A stretch of 64,000 nucleotides of DNA from Octopus sinensis (Eukaryota). Under the pieces are notes generated by a model. That model was not told the origin of the DNA and searched no databases. It worked only from the letters and a program-made list of their open reading frames with translations. The stretch spans positions 60,822,001 to 60,886,000 of the forward strand of contig NC_043006.1 of NCBI RefSeq assembly GCF_006345805.1, read 5' to 3'. Numbering within the stretch: the first letter of the stretch is position 1; each line of letters starts with the position of its first letter. Below, piece after piece: positions 61,020 through 64,000 of this stretch. A program made the position numbers and the translations under genes.

Positions 61020-63550
61020 GAACAAGCTGTTTGTACGTTCACAAGATTGTATTTGACAAGTTCTAGAGAATAACGAAAGCGCTAATAATAATGAAAAAAT
61101 AAAAGGATTTCTTCCCAAAATTCTGACGAATTTTCTCAATATTCAATTCTGTACATCACACATAACACTCTATATATATCATCTTCGATGTACAAGACGC
61201 CAGAATGAATGGAAAACAATCAAACTCATACCCGAGAAACACCAAAAGTACAGAAGAACTTCTCACACATATATCTAGTAAGTTAAATTTACTTATTTCA
61301 AGACTGGATGCAATCGTCACGAATACAGATAGAACTGTGATTGATAACCATACAGAAGGTGCTCCAACAACTGAGACAAGCAGCAAGACAGTAGTAAGAA
61401 CAAAGTCACTTGAAACCACATCTCTGGAACTACAACAACATTATACCTTGAAACCATATCTCTGGAAGAAACTCCTGAATCAAAGAAAGCATGCATATTG
61501 GAAGAGCATTCGATGCAACAATATAATAAACACCTACCAGAATTGGCGAAGCAAAGAAAGCCCAATCCTACCCAGAAAATTTCGTATTAGAGAAATAGGA
61601 AATGAATCACTGGAAGAGACAATGATACATGCGAATTTAGCTCTATGCCGATTGGAAACAGAAATCGCTCTTCTACAATTGCGAAAAAGAAGACATGAAG
61701 AAAAAGTGAAAAATATTGACGCAGTTAATTTTGCTTAAATTGCTGAGCGGAGCGACAATCAATGTCATGAAAAACTGCAAAAACTATGGAAAGAAGACGC
61801 AAAGCAGGAAGAAAGAATCCATAAAAATGTGGGAAAAACAACAAAAGTGGTTCACTAACTATGACAAAATCTATGGAGACAAATCCATTATGAACACGAA
61901 ACCACAACAACAAACAAATACGAGGAAATTGAAAAGAAACATAGACACTAACCCCAGAGGAACCGAACTGAGGTACCGACCTCTAATTACCTGAGAACAT
62001 ACGCGGAAATGGCCTCCATCTCACCCCAAGTAAGACTAGAAACACATATTCTACAATACATAACGCTGCAAATAGCCAACAAATGAAATATAGAAGACAG
62101 CCATCAAACCAAAAGTCCAAACACCATAGATGGGTAAATGAAAAGGAAAACAGACATGAAAAACAAACAACATGTACCCCAGATGGATGAATACATGGGA
62201 AGAAAAACAAATAAAATACAGACAGCACAGGTACTATAATAGGAATAATAATCATCATGATAACTCAAGCAACTCACGATTTACGACCAAAAATCCTATA
62301 TATCCTGAATGGCGAAAAAAGCAAGGAAGATGGGAAGAAAACAAAACTTATAACCAACGGAATTCGTATAAAAGACATGAACCGTCCTCCCATCTACACG
62401 CAAACCAGAATGCCGAGATCAGAGAATGGAGACATGGTAACACAATTCCTTTTTTAGGGAGAAAATACCAAAATATATTATTAAAAAGTGGAAACGTTTC
62501 CTTGATGATTGCTTCATCTTCTGGGGCAAATTGAATGAAGATCTGAATATATTTAACAATATACTGAACACACTTCACCCATCCATCAAATTCACGACAG
62601 AATCCAGTTGCAATAAACTACCATTCCTGGATATCCACATAAAAATACAGAACTCTACAGTCACAACAGACATATTTTACAAAAAACTGACACACACCAA
62701 TATTCAAATTTCTACTGTTGCTATCCATCACACATCAAAAGAAATATCTCATACTGCAGGGTAAGACGCATCTGTGCTATAGTAACTGACCCCAAAATAC
62801 GTGAAATCCGACTCAACGAGATCAAAGGCTTCCTCACAATGCAGAAATACTCCAGAGTATTAATTAATGAGGGGATAAAAAGGCGATGAAACTGAACATC
62901 ACGCAACTACGGACACCTAAGGAAAAAGTTAATGAAGACACGATTCAGTTCATTAACTCACACTCCTGGAATAACCAACATTTTTCACCCCATATAATCG
63001 AACTTAAACTCCTACAAAGCCCCAAAATGAAAACTCTGATTGAAAATACACCTTACGGAATAGCAGACGCCAACGAAAAAATCTTTAAAAACACCTCACA
63101 AGAGCAGAATTCAAATCAGAGAATGAATCAGAATTCTTAGTAAAAGACTGTGGAAATACGAGATGTGGAACATGCTACAATATCAACAGCTTCAAATACT
63201 TGGAAAGTGGTTCCCACATAAAATTCAAGAGTGGATCCCTTCTCAAAATGAATGCAGATATGAACAACAAAACACAAAACCTCATATACTGCATTACCTG
63301 TCCAAACTGCAAAGGCAATTACATTGGTGAAACAAATAATTCCCTCTGCCAACGTGCAAGAATCCACAGGCAATATATCCGACAAGAAGTATTAAGCAAG
63401 ATTCTATTAAGTAAGCATCTGGAAATATGCGCCGACGAAATTTTCAAAATATTTCCCTTTTGAAAACTTGTACGGGACGATCCACAATACCGAAAAGCAA
63501 TGGAACTACATTTCATAAAAAAATTCTCTCCAAAGTTTAATGCTTGAAAG
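61020..63550 (+). mobile_element. Penelope-like retroelement (RT plus GIY-YIG endonuclease), frameshifted, N-terminal RT motifs deleted
   Basis: WKRFLDDCFIFW..LNTLHPSIKFTTE..LPFLDIHI..TTDIFYKKTDTHQY; GIY-YIG region NLIYCITCPNCKGNYIGET..RARIH..MELHFIKKF; stop at 63545-63547; long N-terminal region from ATG 61205. Confidence 0.92.
61046..61089 (+). ncRNA. Degenerate hammerhead-like motif with TTGACAA (U3:A8) core upstream of the Penelope ORF
   Basis: TAT TTGACAA GTT..AAC GAAA GCGC TA ATA; palindromic stem III AGCGCT; stem I only 3 bp. Confidence 0.35.
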
Positions 63551-64000
63551 AAAAGCAGAGATAGTACGTTTTGTAAGTGTTATACTAATGTTCTCTAATG
63601 CAAAATCATGGAATTGAAAGAGGCGTGATCGAAGTTACACAGTATAAACACGGACATATTCCCAACCACACACACACATACACACACACATACGCACGCA
63701 GAGAATCATGCACACATACACACACTTCATCAAGGAATACTCCCTAAAATAGAATGTTTTAAGGTGAGGTGGGGAATTTGAATTCTTTATTGCAAATGAG
63801 GCTCATCTCTACAAATGTTCAGACATATCTGTATAGCATTGGGATGTTCTAGCTTTACGTATATATACATGTATGTATGTGTGTGTGTGTATATATACAT
63901 ACATACTTGCATACATACATATATATATATATATAGTAGTAGTAACAGAAAAGGTGAAGTTTCGATTATCCCCACGTGGTGAGTTGTAATAAATATATAA

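Noticed and set aside
61105-61135. CTGACGA near the Penelope 5' end as a hammerhead core
   Set aside because: It lies within an AAAATTC..GAATTTT hairpin with no downstream stem II and GAAA.

Overview
A 64-kb window of AT-rich, extremely repeat-dense animal DNA. The SINE families and the density of (AT)n, (AAT)n and (GATA)n microsatellites suggest a coleoid cephalopod such as Octopus; this is inference only. I found no confidently identifiable host protein-coding gene, rRNA, intact tRNA or CRISPR array, and most entries in the ORF track are microsatellite artefacts. Recognisable content: decayed Tc1/mariner-superfamily transposons (mariner, Tc1, maT-like, DUF4817-type), Helitron remnants, R4/Dong-like RLE LINE fragments in (TAA)n tracts, RTE, CR1-like and probable L1/Tx1 LINE fragments, Penelope-like elements (PLEs), several tRNA-derived SINE families and a recent ~1.12-kb tandem duplication. 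The least-explained signals are four. (1) Type I hammerhead ribozyme (HHR) motifs from several unrelated repeat families, including a 553-bp retrozyme-like tandem unit with a circularly permuted third copy and HHR core variants (U3:A8, U6). (2) Five near-perfect long foldback palindromes with arms up to 329 bp, two of them carrying HHRs. (3) Two compact, intronless orphan-ORF cassettes (29.5-30.8 kb and 42.6-44.3 kb) with hairpin or palindromic iterated repeats that may be relics of an uncharacterised virus-like or large mobile element. (4) A probable partner-LINE 3' end for the youngest SINE family. All folds and alignments were made by eye.
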